A stretch of DNA of 64,000 bases from Myxococcota bacterium (GCA_036149055.1 JAYZQJ010000084.1:14482-78481), one strand, 5' to 3'. Counted from the first letter of the stretch, positions 1 to 10,694 are shown. Program-made: numbers and translations. The notes: a model not told the origin generated them from the letters alone.

Positions 1-383
1 AGGTCGATGGCCCGCCCGACCGCGTGCACCGAGAGGTGGTCGCGCCGGTTGCTGTTCTGGCGGCAGCAGTAGGTCCCGTAGTTCCGGATGTCCGGGAAGC
101 GGCGCAGCAGGTACTCGCGCAGCTCGTTCGTCCCCGGGTGGGCCGGGATGCACGCCGGGTGACTACACGAGCAGGTGAACGGGTTGGTCGACGCGCACGA
201 GCCGTCGGGCCGCACCGGCGGCGGATCCACGACCGGGACGAAGTGGCTGGCCGCGATCGCGCGCACCCGATCGGGCGCGACCCAGGGGCCGGGCACGGCC
301 ACCGCCTGCTCGGACGCGGCCGGCGCCTCGTAGGTGACGCAGCTGGTGAGGAGGGCGGTCAGGGCGAGGAGGGTGAGACGCAC
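1..383 (-). CDS. Lipoprotein with peptidase M15-like zinc motif (partial, runs off the left edge)
   Basis: Manual translation from GTG at 383: VRLTLLALTALLTSC (lipobox)...GTYCCRQ...LSVHAVGRAID, matching the SxHxxGxAxD motif of M15/LAS-type peptidases. Not in the supplied ORF track. Confidence 0.7.
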   Translation of the reverse strand, partial: MRLTLLALTALLTSCVTYEAPAASEQAVAVPGPWVAPDRVRAIAASHFVPVVDPPPVRPDGSCASTNPFTCSCSHPACIPAHPGTNELREYLLRRFPDIRNYGTYCCRQNSNRRDHLSVHAVGRAID

Positions 384-394
384 GCGCCGGGAAG

Positions 395-410
395 TGCACG
401 CCACGTGCCG
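395..410 (-). promoter_or_regulatory. Putative sigma54 (-24/-12) promoter of the M15-like lipoprotein gene
   Basis: Minus strand CGGCACG-TGGC-GTGCA, exact GG-N10-GC spacing, about 12 nt upstream of the GTG start. Confidence 0.5.
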
Positions 411-613
411 CCGCCGCCTGCCGAGACCTCCGCCCCGCTCGCCGGTTCGTGGAGCGCGCGAGGCTCCGCCGACCGGCGCCTGCGGTCACCGGCGCCCTCA
501 GTTTCCGGAGGGGGCATGCGCCCCCTCCCGCCCGACCGGCAAAGCCGGATCGGGCTCCCACCCCATCTCACGCGCGGACGCGCGTGGAAGCTGCGGCAAT
601 ATTTGCCGCATCT

Positions 614-3600
614 TCAATGCAACAGGCGGCTGCCCTCTTCGGGGTCGACCCGGCGGTGGTAGCCGCGGCTCGTCGCGCTGAAGCCGGCGGCGCGGAGGTG
701 GTCGGCGAGCACCGAGTCGGCCGGATCGTCGCCGTTCACCCGCTTGAGCAGCACGGCGCGGGCCTTCCGGCCCTCTCCGCTCGCGTCCTTCAGGCCGCGC
801 ACCAGCGCCTCGATCGCCTTCGCGTGGGCGAGCGGGTCCTCGGGGTCCGGGAGGAAGGTGAGCACGCTGTGCCCCGTCTTGCCGACGTAGCCGACCAGGC
901 GCCCGGCGTGCAGCACCACCCGCGCGCCGGCGGTCCGGGCCGGGCGCCCCGTCGACTCCGGCCACCCGATGGCGGCGCCGTAGACGTTGGCCGGGTCGTC
1001 GGCGGCGACCAGCGTCACCGCGGCGTCGTCGTCCGGCTCGCGGTGCTTGCGCAGCCGATCCTCGGCGCCCGGGAGCGCGAACTGGGCCGCGCCGAGCCCG
1101 GCGACGAAGTAGCCGCGCCGGACCTTGCCCGCCTGCTCCATCGCCTTGAGCACCGGGTAGACCGCCGAGAAGCCGCCGGGGATGCCCTCGGACTGCACCG
1201 CCTCGCGGGTGAGCACGCCGTGTCGCTCGAGGAGCTGAGTGGCCAGCGCCTCCGCGCGCTCGGTCGGGGTCGGCCCCTCGACCGGCGGCAGCAGCGACCA
1301 GCGACCTTCGGAGCCCGGCGGGCCGGAGCGGCGCGGGGTCCGCCGCGAGAGCCGCTGCCGGCCCCGCGGGCGCTCGTCCCCGCCGCGCATCGCCCGGATC
1401 GGCATGAGCGTGTCGTTGGTGACCTCGCCGGCCCACACCATGTCCCAGAGGGTCTCGAGCACGTCGCGGCCGAAGCTCCCCGTCGCGTCGACGAGCTCGC
1501 GGAAGAAGACGGCCCCGCGCGCCGAGAGGCACTCGCGGATCGCCGCGGCGAGCTCGCCCTCCACCGGCGTCGCCGGCGGCGCGAGCAGGTCGTAGTGATC
1601 GGCGAGGTAGAGCGCGATGCGCCCGTCCTTCGGGCCGAGCGCGCCGACCCCGCGCCAGAGGACCTCGCCGCTCGCGCAGAGCTCGTCGAGGTCGCGCCGG
1701 TCGTAGCCTCCGAGCCGCGAGGGGAGGGTGTGCGCCTCGAGCGAGGACGCGGGGATCGGCGCGCCCTGGAGCTGCTCGATGACGCCGATCAGCGCGTCCG
1801 GGCCCGAGCGCTGCCGACCCACGCCGTGCCAGTCGAGGGCGAAGCGGGCGAGCGCGTCCGGCTCCACCGGCTCGATCTGCTGCCGCAGCTTGGCGAGCGA
1901 GCGCTGCTTGATCTGCCGCAGCACGTCGACGCCGACCCACTCGCGGGTGCGGCCGCCCGGCACCAGCTCGCCCTCGAGCACCTTGTCGGCCTCCTGCAGC
2001 CGCTCGAGCACCACCCGCACCGCGCCCGAGCCGAGCCCGTAGCGCCCGCTCACCGCCTCGAGGGTGAACGGGCCGTGGGTGCGGGCGTAGCGCGCGATCA
2101 GATCGCCCAGCGGATCGCGCACCGGCTCGAGGAGCGCCTGCGGCAGGCCCTGCGGCGGCACGAGCCCGAGGCCGTCCCGGTAGCGCGCCATGTCCTCGAC
2201 CGCGATGAAGCGCGGCTCGTCCGCGACGGTGACCTTCACCACCCGGCGCGCGCGCGTCAGACCCGCGAGCCAGCCCTCGACGTCCGCGCCCTCCTCGCAC
2301 CGCGCCTCGATCTCGGCCCGGCCGAGGTCGCCGAGGCCGAGCAAGAGATCGTGCAGCGCGTCCGGGTGGTTCACGAGCCGGCCGGTCAGCCGCTGCAGGC
2401 GACGCTCCACCTCGTGGATGGCGTCGAGGTCGAGCAGCTCGCGGAGCTCGGGCTCGCCGAGCAGCTCGCGGAGCTGCGCGTGGTCGAGGCTCAGCATCTG
2501 CGAGCGCCGCTCGGCGAGCGGCACGTCGCCCTCGTAGATGAAGCTCGCGACGTAGTTGAAGAGCAGCGAGGAGGCGAAGGGCGAGGGCGAGCGGGTCTTG
2601 ACGCTCGTGACCAGGATGCGCCGCTCCTTCACGTCCTTCAGGATCTCGAGGAGCCCGGGCAGGTCGAAGACGTCGCGCAGGCACTCGCGGTAGGTCTCGA
2701 GCACGATCGGGAAGTCGCTGAAGCGCGAGGCGACCTTCAGGAGCTGCGCGGCCTTGCGGCGCTGCGCCCAGAGCGGGGTGCGCTGGCCGGGCCTCCGCTT
2801 GGGGAGCAGGAGCGCGCGGCCGGCGTTCTCCCGGAACCGCGCCGCGAAGAGGCTGGTGGACGGCAGCTGATCGACGATCAGGCGCTCGACCTCCTCGGGG
2901 TCGGGCAAGAACCACGCGTCCTCCGGCGGCTCGTCCGCGTCGGGGAGGCGGAAGACCATGCCGTCGTCCGACCACATCGCGTCGGGGTCCATGCCGAGCT
3001 CGTGGCTGAGCCGCTGGGTGACCGCGGTGCTCCACGGCGCGTGCACGCGCGCGCCGAAGGGCGAGAGGACCGTCACCACCCAGTCGCCGATCTCGTCGAT
3101 GAAGCGCTCGATCACGATCGCGCGATCGGTCGGCAGCCGGCCGGTGGCCTCGGCCTGGTCCTCCAGGTAGCGCAGGAGGTTCTCGGCCGCGCGCGGGTCG
3201 AGGGCGTGGTGGCCTTCGAGCTTGGAGAGCGCCGCGCCCCGGGGCATCGACGACAGCTCGCGGGTGAGCGCGCCGATCGCGCGGCCGAACTCGAGCGGGC
3301 GCCCCGGCCGGTCGCCATGCCAGAACGGCATCTTGCCGGGCTCGCCCGGCGCCGGGGTCACGAGCACCCGGTCGTGGGTGATCTCCTCGATGCGCCAGGA
3401 GCTCGCGCCGAGCAGGAACACGTCGCCCTCGCGCGACTCGTAGACCATCTCCTCGTCGAGCTCGCCGACCCGCACCGGCTTGTCGCTCGACGCGAGGAAC
3501 ACGCCGTAGAGCCCGCGGTCCGGGATGGTGCCGCCGTTGGAGATGGCGAGCATGCGGGCGCCGCGCCGGGCGCTGAGGGTGCCGGCGATGCGATCCCAGG

Positions 3601-5080
3601 TGACCCGCGGCCGGAGCGAGCTGCCCATCTCCTCGCTCGGGTAGCGGCCGCTGAGCATGTCGAGCACGCCCTCGAAGCTCCGCCGCGGCAGCTCGGTGAA
3701 CGGAGCCGCGCCGCGCACGAGATCGAAGACCGCGTCGACCGTCGCCGGCGCCTCCACCAGGTGCGCCACGATCTGCTGGGCGAGCACGTCGAGCGGGTTC
3801 CGCGGATAGAAGGTCTCCTCGACCTTGCCCTCCACCACGTGCCCGGTGACCGCCGCGCAGGCGACGAGGTCGCCGCGGAACTTGGGGAACAGGACGCCGC
3901 GGCTGACCGCGCCCACGTGATGGCCGGCGCGCCCGATGCGCTGCACGCCCGACGCGACCGAGGGCGGGGCCTCGATCTGGATGACCAGATCGACCGCGCC
4001 CATGTCGATGCCGAGCTCGAGCGAGCTGGTGGCGACGATGGCGGGCAGCTCCCCGCGCTTGAGCTCGTCCTCGATCTGCGCGCGGATGTCCTTCGCGACC
4101 GAGCCGTGGTGCGCCTTGGCGATCTCCTCCTCGGCCACCTCGTTGAGCGCCTGCGCGAGCCGCTCGGCGAGGCGCCGCGAGTTGCAGAAGATCATCGTCG
4201 AGCGGTGGGCGCGGATGAGCTCGACGAGCCGCGGGTGGATCGACGGCCAGATCGAGTGAGGCCGCGGACCCGCCGCCGCCGGGCCGCTCTGCAGCTCCTC
4301 GACCTCCGCGAGCCGCGCCATGTCCTCGACCGGCACCTCGACCTTCAGGTCGAAGTCCTTGCGGGCGCTCGCGTCGACGATGCTGACCGGGCGGGCCCGC
4401 GCCTTGCCCTCGATCACCGCGTAGCCGCCGAGGAAGCGCGCGACCTCGTCGAGCGGGCGCTGGGTCGCGCTGAGCCCGATGCGCTGCACGCGGTGATCGA
4501 GCATCGCCTCCATGCGCTCGAGCGACAGCGCGAGGTGGGCGCCGCGCTTGGTGTCCACCATGGAGTGGATCTCGTCGATGATGACCGTCTCGACGGTCTT
4601 CAGCATCTCCCGCGCGCGAGAGGTGAGGATGAGGTACAGCGACTCGGGCGTGGTGATGAGGATGTCCGGCGGGTCGCGCCGCATCTTCTCGCGCTCGGAC
4701 TGGGGCGTGTCGCCGCTGCGCACGGCCACGCTCGGCACGCGGTGCGCGTCGCCCGCCCGCTCGGCCGTGACCCGGATGCCGTTGAGCGGCGCGCGCAGGT
4801 TCCGTTCGACGTCGACGCCGAGCGCCTTGAGCGGCGAGACGTAGAGGACCCGGACGCCCTTCTCCTCCTTCGGCGGCCCGAACATCAGCCGATCGATGGC
4901 GACCAGGAACGCGCTCAGGGTCTTGCCGCTGCCGGTCGGGGCGAGGAGCAGGGTCGAGTCCCCGGCGGTGATCGGCGGCCAGCCCTTCGCCTGCGCGCCG
5001 GTCGGCGCCTCGAACGAGGTCTCGAACCAGCGGCGGGTGCAGCGGTGGGCGAAGTCGAGCGGGTCCATGCGAGCGTTCAA
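614..5080 (-). CDS. lhr: Lhr-family ATP-dependent SF2 helicase (long form with C-terminal winged-helix/glycosylase-like region)
   Basis: APTGSGKT, DEIH, SAT, HHGS, SSLELGID and QRIGRAGH motifs; 1488 aa; C-terminal RRGYFVxGLGAAQFA typical of long Lhr. Confidence 0.93.
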   Translation of the reverse strand: MNARMDPLDFAHRCTRRWFETSFEAPTGAQAKGWPPITAGDSTLLLAPTGSGKTLSAFLVAIDRLMFGPPKEEKGVRVLYVSPLKALGVDVERNLRAPLNGIRVTAERAGDAHRVPSVAVRSGDTPQSEREKMRRDPPDILITTPESLYLILTSRAREMLKTVETVIIDEIHSMVDTKRGAHLALSLERMEAMLDHRVQRIGLSATQRPLDEVARFLGGYAVIEGKARARPVSIVDASARKDFDLKVEVPVEDMARLAEVEELQSGPAAAGPRPHSIWPSIHPRLVELIRAHRSTMIFCNSRRLAERLAQALNEVAEEEIAKAHHGSVAKDIRAQIEDELKRGELPAIVATSSLELGIDMGAVDLVIQIEAPPSVASGVQRIGRAGHHVGAVSRGVLFPKFRGDLVACAAVTGHVVEGKVEETFYPRNPLDVLAQQIVAHLVEAPATVDAVFDLVRGAAPFTELPRRSFEGVLDMLSGRYPSEEMGSSLRPRVTWDRIAGTLSARRGARMLAISNGGTIPDRGLYGVFLASSDKPVRVGELDEEMVYESREGDVFLLGASSWRIEEITHDRVLVTPAPGEPGKMPFWHGDRPGRPLEFGRAIGALTRELSSMPRGAALSKLEGHHALDPRAAENLLRYLEDQAEATGRLPTDRAIVIERFIDEIGDWVVTVLSPFGARVHAPWSTAVTQRLSHELGMDPDAMWSDDGMVFRLPDADEPPEDAWFLPDPEEVERLIVDQLPSTSLFAARFRENAGRALLLPKRRPGQRTPLWAQRRKAAQLLKVASRFSDFPIVLETYRECLRDVFDLPGLLEILKDVKERRILVTSVKTRSPSPFASSLLFNYVASFIYEGDVPLAERRSQMLSLDHAQLRELLGEPELRELLDLDAIHEVERRLQRLTGRLVNHPDALHDLLLGLGDLGRAEIEARCEEGADVEGWLAGLTRARRVVKVTVADEPRFIAVEDMARYRDGLGLVPPQGLPQALLEPVRDPLGDLIARYARTHGPFTLEAVSGRYGLGSGAVRVVLERLQEADKVLEGELVPGGRTREWVGVDVLRQIKQRSLAKLRQQIEPVEPDALARFALDWHGVGRQRSGPDALIGVIEQLQGAPIPASSLEAHTLPSRLGGYDRRDLDELCASGEVLWRGVGALGPKDGRIALYLADHYDLLAPPATPVEGELAAAIRECLSARGAVFFRELVDATGSFGRDVLETLWDMVWAGEVTNDTLMPIRAMRGGDERPRGRQRLSRRTPRRSGPPGSEGRWSLLPPVEGPTPTERAEALATQLLERHGVLTREAVQSEGIPGGFSAVYPVLKAMEQAGKVRRGYFVAGLGAAQFALPGAEDRLRKHREPDDDAAVTLVAADDPANVYGAAIGWPESTGRPARTAGARVVLHAGRLVGYVGKTGHSVLTFLPDPEDPLAHAKAIEALVRGLKDASGEGRKARAVLLKRVNGDDPADSVLADHLRAAGFSATSRGYHRRVDPEEGSRLLH

Positions 5081-5202
5081 GATGGCATGTCGAGGCGAGC
5101 CCTGCCCCGCCGAGCCTGGGTCCGGGGCCGGTCTGCTGCCAGCACGGTGTCAGGAGCGGGGCGCGTTCCCTTCGATTTCGCCGCGCGGTAACATCGACCC
5201 CG

Positions 5203-5829
5203 GTGCGGATCGACGAGCTACCGACGGAGTGGCCGTGGGCGGTGGGGGAGTCTCCCTTTCACATCAAGGGGACCGCCTACGCCTTCCACATGGAGTTCGT
5301 GCGCGAGGATCTCCCGGGTGGCGTCGAGGCGCAGGGCGAGAAGCTCGGCGACCCCGCGCTCCAGCGCTTCTTCGCGCAGACCTTCTTCACCACGAGCTGG
5401 TACGACGTCTGGCCCCTCATCCAGGCCGGCCGCGCGTGCGGCGAGGTGGTGGGCGCGGGCTTCGAGCGCTTCGTCACCACGCGCGCCCAGCATCAGGTGG
5501 AGCGCGACCTCGGCCTCGTGCGCCGCGTCCTGCTGCGCGTCCTCAGCCCCCGCGCGCTCGCGCTCCGGGTGCCCAGCCTGAACGCCTCCTACTTCGACTT
5601 CGTCGAGGTGCGGTCGCAGGCGGACGGCCAGGTCGTGAGCGGGGCCTGCCACGGCCTGCCCGGCCCGGTGGTGCGCTGGTATCAGATCGTGACCGAGACC
5701 TTCATCGCCGAGGTCCTCCGCCGCAACGGCGCGGTCGATCACCGCATCACCTGGGACGCCCTCGAGCCCGACGGCGAGGCCCACGGCGTCCCGGTCTTCG
5801 CCCCCCACTTCCGGATCGCGCTGGTGTGA
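5203..5829 (+). CDS. Hypothetical protein resembling myxobacterial TIGR02265/DUF2378-like proteins
   Basis: 208 aa, host-like codon usage, N-terminal IKG and SWY motifs; TAACAT 8 nt upstream of the GTG. Confidence 0.6.
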   Translation: MRIDELPTEWPWAVGESPFHIKGTAYAFHMEFVREDLPGGVEAQGEKLGDPALQRFFAQTFFTTSWYDVWPLIQAGRACGEVVGAGFERFVTTRAQHQVERDLGLVRRVLLRVLSPRALALRVPSLNASYFDFVEVRSQADGQVVSGACHGLPGPVVRWYQIVTETFIAEVLRRNGAVDHRITWDALEPDGEAHGVPVFAPHFRIALV

Positions 5830-5844
5830 AGCGCGGGGGCTCGT

Positions 5845-7170
5845 TCAGCGGGTCAGCACGTAGATCGCCACGATCGCGACGATCGCGAGCACGACGAGCA
5901 GCGGCCAGAACCCGGCGCCGACCGTCGGCTTCTCCTCGGGCGCCGCCTTCGCCTCGACGGCCGCGGGCCGATCCGGGGTGCGCTTCGCCGGCGCCTTCTT
6001 CTTGGCCGCGGCCTTCTTCTTGGCCGGCGCCTTCTTGGTGGCCGCGCTCTTCGGCTCGGCCGCCTTCGGCGCCTCCGCCGTCGGACCCGCGTCGACCCCT
6101 TCGGAGGCCTCCTCGCGCTGCTTCTGCCGCTTGCGCTGCTTCCTCCGAGCCCGCGCCGCCTGCTTCCGCTCCCGCTTGGTCTTCTTCCGCTTCCCCTTCT
6201 TCTTGCTCTTCTTCGGGGCCGCCCCCGCCGCCGCCGCGTCGCCCGCGGCAGAGTCGTCGTCGTCGTCCGCCGAGTCGTCGTCCGCGGAAGAGTCGTCCTC
6301 GGACTCGTCGTCGTCCGGATCGGAGCCGCTCTCGGAGTCGAAGCCGGTCTCGGAGTCGGACTCGGCCTCCGCCTCGGACTCGGCCTCGGACTCGGCCTCG
6401 GACCCGGAGTCGGAGTCGGACTCGGAGTCGGACTCGGCTTCGGACTCGGCTTCGGACTCGGCGTCGGACTCGGCGTCGGACTCGGCTTCGGACTCGGCTT
6501 CGGTCTCGGCTTCGGACTCGGAGTCGGTCTCGGAGTCGGACTCGGCTTCGGCTTCGGAGTCGGCTTCGGAGTCGGACTCGGCTTCGGTCTCGGAGTCGGC
6601 TTCGGAGTCGGAGTCGGACTCGGCCTCGGCGTCGGTCTCGGAGTCGGCTTCGGTCTCGACTTCGACCTCGGCGTCCGCTTCGGTCTCGGCCTCGGCTCCG
6701 GTCCCGGCCGCGGCTTCGGCCTCGGAGGCCGTCTCGGCCTCGGCCTTCGCCTCGACCCGAGCCTCGGCTTCCTCCGCCACCGGCGCCACCGAGTCCGGCG
6801 TCGCCCCCTCGGATCGCGCGAACGTCCCTGGCCCTTCGGTGCCTCGCTCCGCCACGAGCGTCGTGATCCGCTCCTTGGCCGACGGATCGATCTTCACGAA
6901 CTTCACGCCCATGCCGGACGGATGCTCGTCCGACGCGTTGGCCGGCCGCCGGACCCAGACCACCCGGCCGACCGCCGAGAGCGTCTCGTCCTCCAGCTCG
7001 ATCTCGAGCTTCAGCAGCGTGCTCTTCTTGAGCGGCTCCTGGTGTCGGATGAAGAGCCCCTCCTCCGACACGTTGCCGCTGGAGCTGTCCACGAAGTCCG
7101 CGAGCATCGGGGTCCGAAAACGGACCGTCGTCTCGATCGCGACTCGCTTGCCTGCGCGTTCCTCGCTCAT
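5845..7170 (-). CDS. TIGR02266-type PilZ-domain protein with long acidic linker, Lys/Arg-rich block and C-terminal TM helix
   Basis: ERAGKRV (RxxxR), NVSEEGLFI and GRVVWVR...GMGVKF PilZ motifs; (SE/SD/AE)n tract; terminal [19 protein letters not shown]. Confidence 0.85.
   Translation of the reverse strand: MSEERAGKRVAIETTVRFRTPMLADFVDSSSGNVSEEGLFIRHQEPLKKSTLLKLEIELEDETLSAVGRVVWVRRPANASDEHPSGMGVKFVKIDPSAKERITTLVAERGTEGPGTFARSEGATPDSVAPVAEEAEARVEAKAEAETASEAEAAAGTGAEAETEADAEVEVETEADSETDAEAESDSDSEADSETEAESDSEADSEAEAESDSETDSESEAETEAESEAESDAESDAESEAESEAESDSESDSDSGSEAESEAESEAEAESDSETGFDSESGSDPDDDESEDDSSADDDSADDDDDSAAGDAAAAGAAPKKSKKKGKRKKTKRERKQAARARRKQRKRQKQREEASEGVDAGPTAEAPKAAEPKSAATKKAPAKKKAAAKKKAPAKRTPDRPAAVEAKAAPEEKPTVGAGFWPLLVVLAIVAIVAIYVLTR
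6250..6750. repeat. Low-complexity 6/12-bp tandem repeats (GACTCG/GAGTCG/GCTTCG) encoding an Asp/Glu/Ser/Ala linker
   Basis: Directly visible tandem hexamers within the PilZ gene; boundaries approximate. Confidence 0.9.
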
Positions 7171-7300
7171 GCGTGCGTTGTCCCCGAGAGCCACCCCCGG
7201 GCCCCGAAACGCCATGCGTATCGTACTTCTCGGCGGTTGTCAGGAGAACGGCAGACGTCGGCGTTGCCCGGCGGCGCCCCCACCCGATAGAGTCCCGCCC

Positions 7301-7744
7301 GTGAGCGAGCCCTTCGTCGAGCAGGTGACCGCGATGGCCCGCGAGCTCGGCTTCACGGAAGTGGATCCGGGTGACGGCAGCTACGTGAAGATCAACGTCC
7401 AGATGGACGACGCCCCGGCGGTCGACGTCTACGTCCGCGCGTGCGGCGAGATGCACGGCAAGGAGGTGCTCGAGTTCTCGAGCGGCGGCCTCCGGCTCCC
7501 GTCGAACGACGCGGAGAAGATGCCGCTGCTGATCCTGGCGCTGCAGCGCAACGCCGACGTGATCTTCGGGCACTGGGGGCTCGACGAGGCGGACGACGGC
7601 TCGACCCTGCGGGTCTTCCACTCGCAGATCACCGAGACCATGGACCTGCCCGAGCTGAAGGGCGCCGTGCTCGCGGTGGCCGACGAGTACTCGCGGGTCG
7701 CCCAGGCGTTCGTCGAGCTGCTGCCGGCTCAGGCCGCGCGCTGA
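7301..7744 (+). CDS. Small protein, YbjN/T3SS-chaperone-like fold (putative)
   Basis: 147 aa from GTG 7301; LALQRNADVIFGHWGL...ETMDLPEL pattern; TTGCCC-N18-TAGAGT directly upstream. Confidence 0.6.
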   Translation: MSEPFVEQVTAMARELGFTEVDPGDGSYVKINVQMDDAPAVDVYVRACGEMHGKEVLEFSSGGLRLPSNDAEKMPLLILALQRNADVIFGHWGLDEADDGSTLRVFHSQITETMDLPELKGAVLAVADEYSRVAQAFVELLPAQAAR

Positions 7745-8616
7745 CGGCGCCAGATCGGCTCGACCACCCGTCGCCGCCCGGCCCGCGCCATCTCCTCGAG
7801 GCGCGCCACCCGCTCCCGCGTGCTCGGGTGGGTCCGGAGCGACTCCGGCAGCTCGAAGGTGAACAGCCGCGCCCACCAGGGCCCGCGATGGGCGTCCTCG
7901 ATCTTCATCAGCGCGCTCGCGAGGCCCCACGGGTCGCCGGTCAGCGCCACCGCGCCCACGTCCGCGTCGAGCTCTCGCGAGCGCGAGAGCGCCAGGGCCA
8001 GCATCGACACCAGACGCGGCGCCACCGCCAGCCCCGCGATCGCGAGCCAGGGCACGCCGACCTCGCTCACCAGGACGAGCGGCAGGCTGATCAGCAGCAG
8101 CAGCCAGCCGATCGTGCTCATCGAGCCCGTCAGGCGGCGGACCGTCTCCGCGAGCCGCATCACCCAGAGATCGCGGTGCCGGAGGTGGCTCATCTCGTGC
8201 GCGATCACCGCCACCGCCTCCCGGAGCGAGAGCGTGTGGAGCAGCGCGGGCGAGATCCCGATCGCGCGCTCGCCGCCTCGCTCGGTCGCGAACGCCTGGG
8301 GCCCCGGGAGCGGCACCAGGTAGAGCGTGGGCGGACGCGACAGGCCGGCGTCGCGCGCCAGATCGCGCACGGCCGCTTGCAGGGCCGGGACCTCGAACGG
8401 AGAGAGCGGGCGGGCGCCGTTCGCGCGCATCAGCCGCGCCGGCGAAGGGGAGGGCGTGAGCGCGGCGAGCAGCCCGGTCAGCGCGAGGCTCCAGGCCACC
8501 CCGGTCGGGCCGCCGAAGAGCCAGCCGAGGCCGGCGAGCACCGCGATCATCGCGGCCAGAATCAGGCCCGAACGAGCGAGGTTCTGGACCCGGTTTCGGG
8601 ATACGATCGATGACAC
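7729..8616 (-). CDS. htpX: M48 zinc metalloprotease, HtpX family
   Basis: AVIAHEMSHL (HExxH), SRSRELDAD, RTHPSTRER, several TM segments; start codon uncertain. Confidence 0.88.
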   Translation of the reverse strand: MSSIVSRNRVQNLARSGLILAAMIAVLAGLGWLFGGPTGVAWSLALTGLLAALTPSPSPARLMRANGARPLSPFEVPALQAAVRDLARDAGLSRPPTLYLVPLPGPQAFATERGGERAIGISPALLHTLSLREAVAVIAHEMSHLRHRDLWVMRLAETVRRLTGSMSTIGWLLLLISLPLVLVSEVGVPWLAIAGLAVAPRLVSMLALALSRSRELDADVGAVALTGDPWGLASALMKIEDAHRGPWWARLFTFELPESLRTHPSTRERVARLEEMARAGRRRVVEPIWRRQRAA

Positions 8617-8728
8617 GAGATCAAGCTGAGCATCGCGTCGGGGGACGCAAGATCTGGACGTCTCGGTCGGGGAGCCCCATGAGGGGGACGTCGCCGCGGC
8701 GCCCAGCTGGATCAAGGGTGCGGGCACG

Positions 8729-10663
8729 GTGAGCTACGAGACCGGACTGAGCGAGGACCTGCGGGCCCTGCTCGAGCAATCCACGCTCGGGGCAGTGGTG
8801 CACGACGAGCAAAGGGTGCTGCTCGTCAACCAGGAGGCGACCCGGCTGCTGGGCCGCGGCCCCGAGCACCTCCGGACGGTGGAGGACGTCGGGCGCCTCC
8901 TCTTCGGCGAGCACGCCGGCAAGACCGCGCTCTGCGCCAGGATCGAGAGCGCAGGGGTGGCAGCCGCAGCGCAGGGCGGCGCCCCCCGGGAGCCGGTCCG
9001 CCTCCCGTTCGAGGCGCCGGACGGGACCCGCCGCTGGCTCGAGGTGCTGCCGCCCGCGTTCCTGCCCACCGGGCTCTACGTGCAGACCTTCCTCGACGCG
9101 ACCGAGCTCGAGGCCGAGCGGCGGGCGCGGAGCGAGGTCGACCGGCGCCTGGAGACGGCGCTCCGGAGCGCCGAGGACTTCGTGCTGTACCAGCTGCGGC
9201 TCGATCCAGACAGCGAGTTCCAGGGCGTCGTCGAGCTGGTCAGCCCGTCGCTCTCGCGCATCATGGGGGTGCCGCCCGACACCCCGCTCCCCGGGTGGTT
9301 CGCGAACATTCACCCCGACGATCTCCCCCGGGTGGCCGAGGCGAACGCGCGCGCGGCGGCCCGGCAGGAGCGGTTCAGCGAGATCGCGCGGGTGTGGCGT
9401 CCGGACGAGGAGCGCTGGGGCTGGATCCACGCGATCTCGAACCCGGTGCGCGACGAGGAGGGCGTCGTCACCCACTACCTCGGCCTCATCGTCGACATCA
9501 CCGCGCAGCGAGAGGCGGAGGACGAGCGGCGGCGGCTCGAGGTGGAGCTGGCCCGCAAGCACCGGCTCGAGGCGCTCGGCACCCTCGCCGGCGGGGTGGC
9601 CCACGACTTCAACAACCTGCTCATGGCCATGCAGGGCACCGTGGCGATGGGGCTCGACGACACCCACGAGAGCGAGCTCGCGCACGAGCACTTCACCGAG
9701 CTGCAGCAGCTGGTGGAGAGCGCGGCGGTCCTGACCCGCGAGCTGCTCGGCTACGCGCGGCGCGGGCGCTACGACGTCCGGCCGTTCGATCTGATCCGGC
9801 TGCTCGACGACGTGACCCGCGCCGCCGCCCGCAGCCACCCCGACGCGGACGTGCAGGTGGCCGCCGCCGAGCCGCTCGTCGTCCGCGCGGACCGCGCCCA
9901 GCTCGAGCGCGTCTTCCTCAACCTTCTGGTCAACGCCGCCGACGCGACCGACGGTGAGCCGATCCGCGTCGAGGCCCGCCGCCGGGACGTGGGGCCCGCC
10001 GAGGAGGTGCCCGCGGGCGCCTACGTCGAGGTCGCGGTCGTCGATCGGGGCGAGGGCATGGACGAGGCGACGCGGCGGCGCGTCTTCGAGCCGTTCTTCA
10101 CCACCAAGCCGATGGGCCGCGGCACCGGGCTCGGGCTCGCCGCGGCGCACGGCATCGTGCGGGGGCACGGCGGCACCATCGTCGCCGAGTCGACGCCCGG
10201 TGAGGGCACGACGATGCGGGTGCTGCTCCCGCTCTCGAGCGACCGCCCGGTGGTCCGGGAGCCGGCGGACGAGGAGGCGCCGCCGACCCGCACCATCCTG
10301 GTGGTCGACGACGAGAAGGTGGTGCGCACGGTGGTCCGGCGGCTGCTCGAGCGCGCCGGCTACCGGGTGCTCGACGCCGACGGAGTGGACGGTGGAGTGG
10401 CCGCGTTCTTCGAGCACCACCCGGACGCGGTCATCCTCGACCTCGTGATGCCGAAGGGCGGCGGGAGAGCCGCCTTCGAGCAGATCCGGGCGCGGGCGCC
10501 GGACGCGCGGGTGCTCCTCGCCAGCGGCTACAGCGTCGACCCCGAGGTCGAGGCGCTGATCGGGCACGGCGCGCTCTTCCTCGAGAAGCCGTTCACGCCG
10601 CAGGCGCTCCGGGCCAAGCTGTCCGAGCTGTTCCAATCCGAGACGGCGCTCAAGTCACCCTGA
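8729..10663 (+). CDS. Hybrid PAS sensor histidine kinase/response regulator
   Basis: PAS (IHPDD), H-box AGGVAHDFNNLL, N/G boxes (NLLVNAADA, DRGEGM, FFTTK, GTGLGL), C-terminal receiver (VVDDE, LDLVMP, KPF). Confidence 0.93.
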   Translation: MSYETGLSEDLRALLEQSTLGAVVHDEQRVLLVNQEATRLLGRGPEHLRTVEDVGRLLFGEHAGKTALCARIESAGVAAAAQGGAPREPVRLPFEAPDGTRRWLEVLPPAFLPTGLYVQTFLDATELEAERRARSEVDRRLETALRSAEDFVLYQLRLDPDSEFQGVVELVSPSLSRIMGVPPDTPLPGWFANIHPDDLPRVAEANARAAARQERFSEIARVWRPDEERWGWIHAISNPVRDEEGVVTHYLGLIVDITAQREAEDERRRLEVELARKHRLEALGTLAGGVAHDFNNLLMAMQGTVAMGLDDTHESELAHEHFTELQQLVESAAVLTRELLGYARRGRYDVRPFDLIRLLDDVTRAAARSHPDADVQVAAAEPLVVRADRAQLERVFLNLLVNAADATDGEPIRVEARRRDVGPAEEVPAGAYVEVAVVDRGEGMDEATRRRVFEPFFTTKPMGRGTGLGLAAAHGIVRGHGGTIVAESTPGEGTTMRVLLPLSSDRPVVREPADEEAPPTRTILVVDDEKVVRTVVRRLLERAGYRVLDADGVDGGVAAFFEHHPDAVILDLVMPKGGGRAAFEQIRARAPDARVLLASGYSVDPEVEALIGHGALFLEKPFTPQALRAKLSELFQSETALKSP

Positions 10664-10694
10664 AGGCGGCCGATGATCGCGGACGGAGGACCCC

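Noticed and set aside
449..5191. 1580-aa plus-strand ORF, and similar long Arg/Pro/Ala-rich ORFs elsewhere (e.g. 34930-38598, 45584-48793)
   Set aside because: These are antisense or off-frame shadows of real genes, expected in very GC-rich DNA with few stop codons; they carry no motifs.
6250..6750. SD/SE repeats as an Sdr-type adhesin or a CRISPR-like array
   Set aside because: There are no unique spacers, signal peptide or sortase motif; the tract is an in-frame linker of a PilZ protein.
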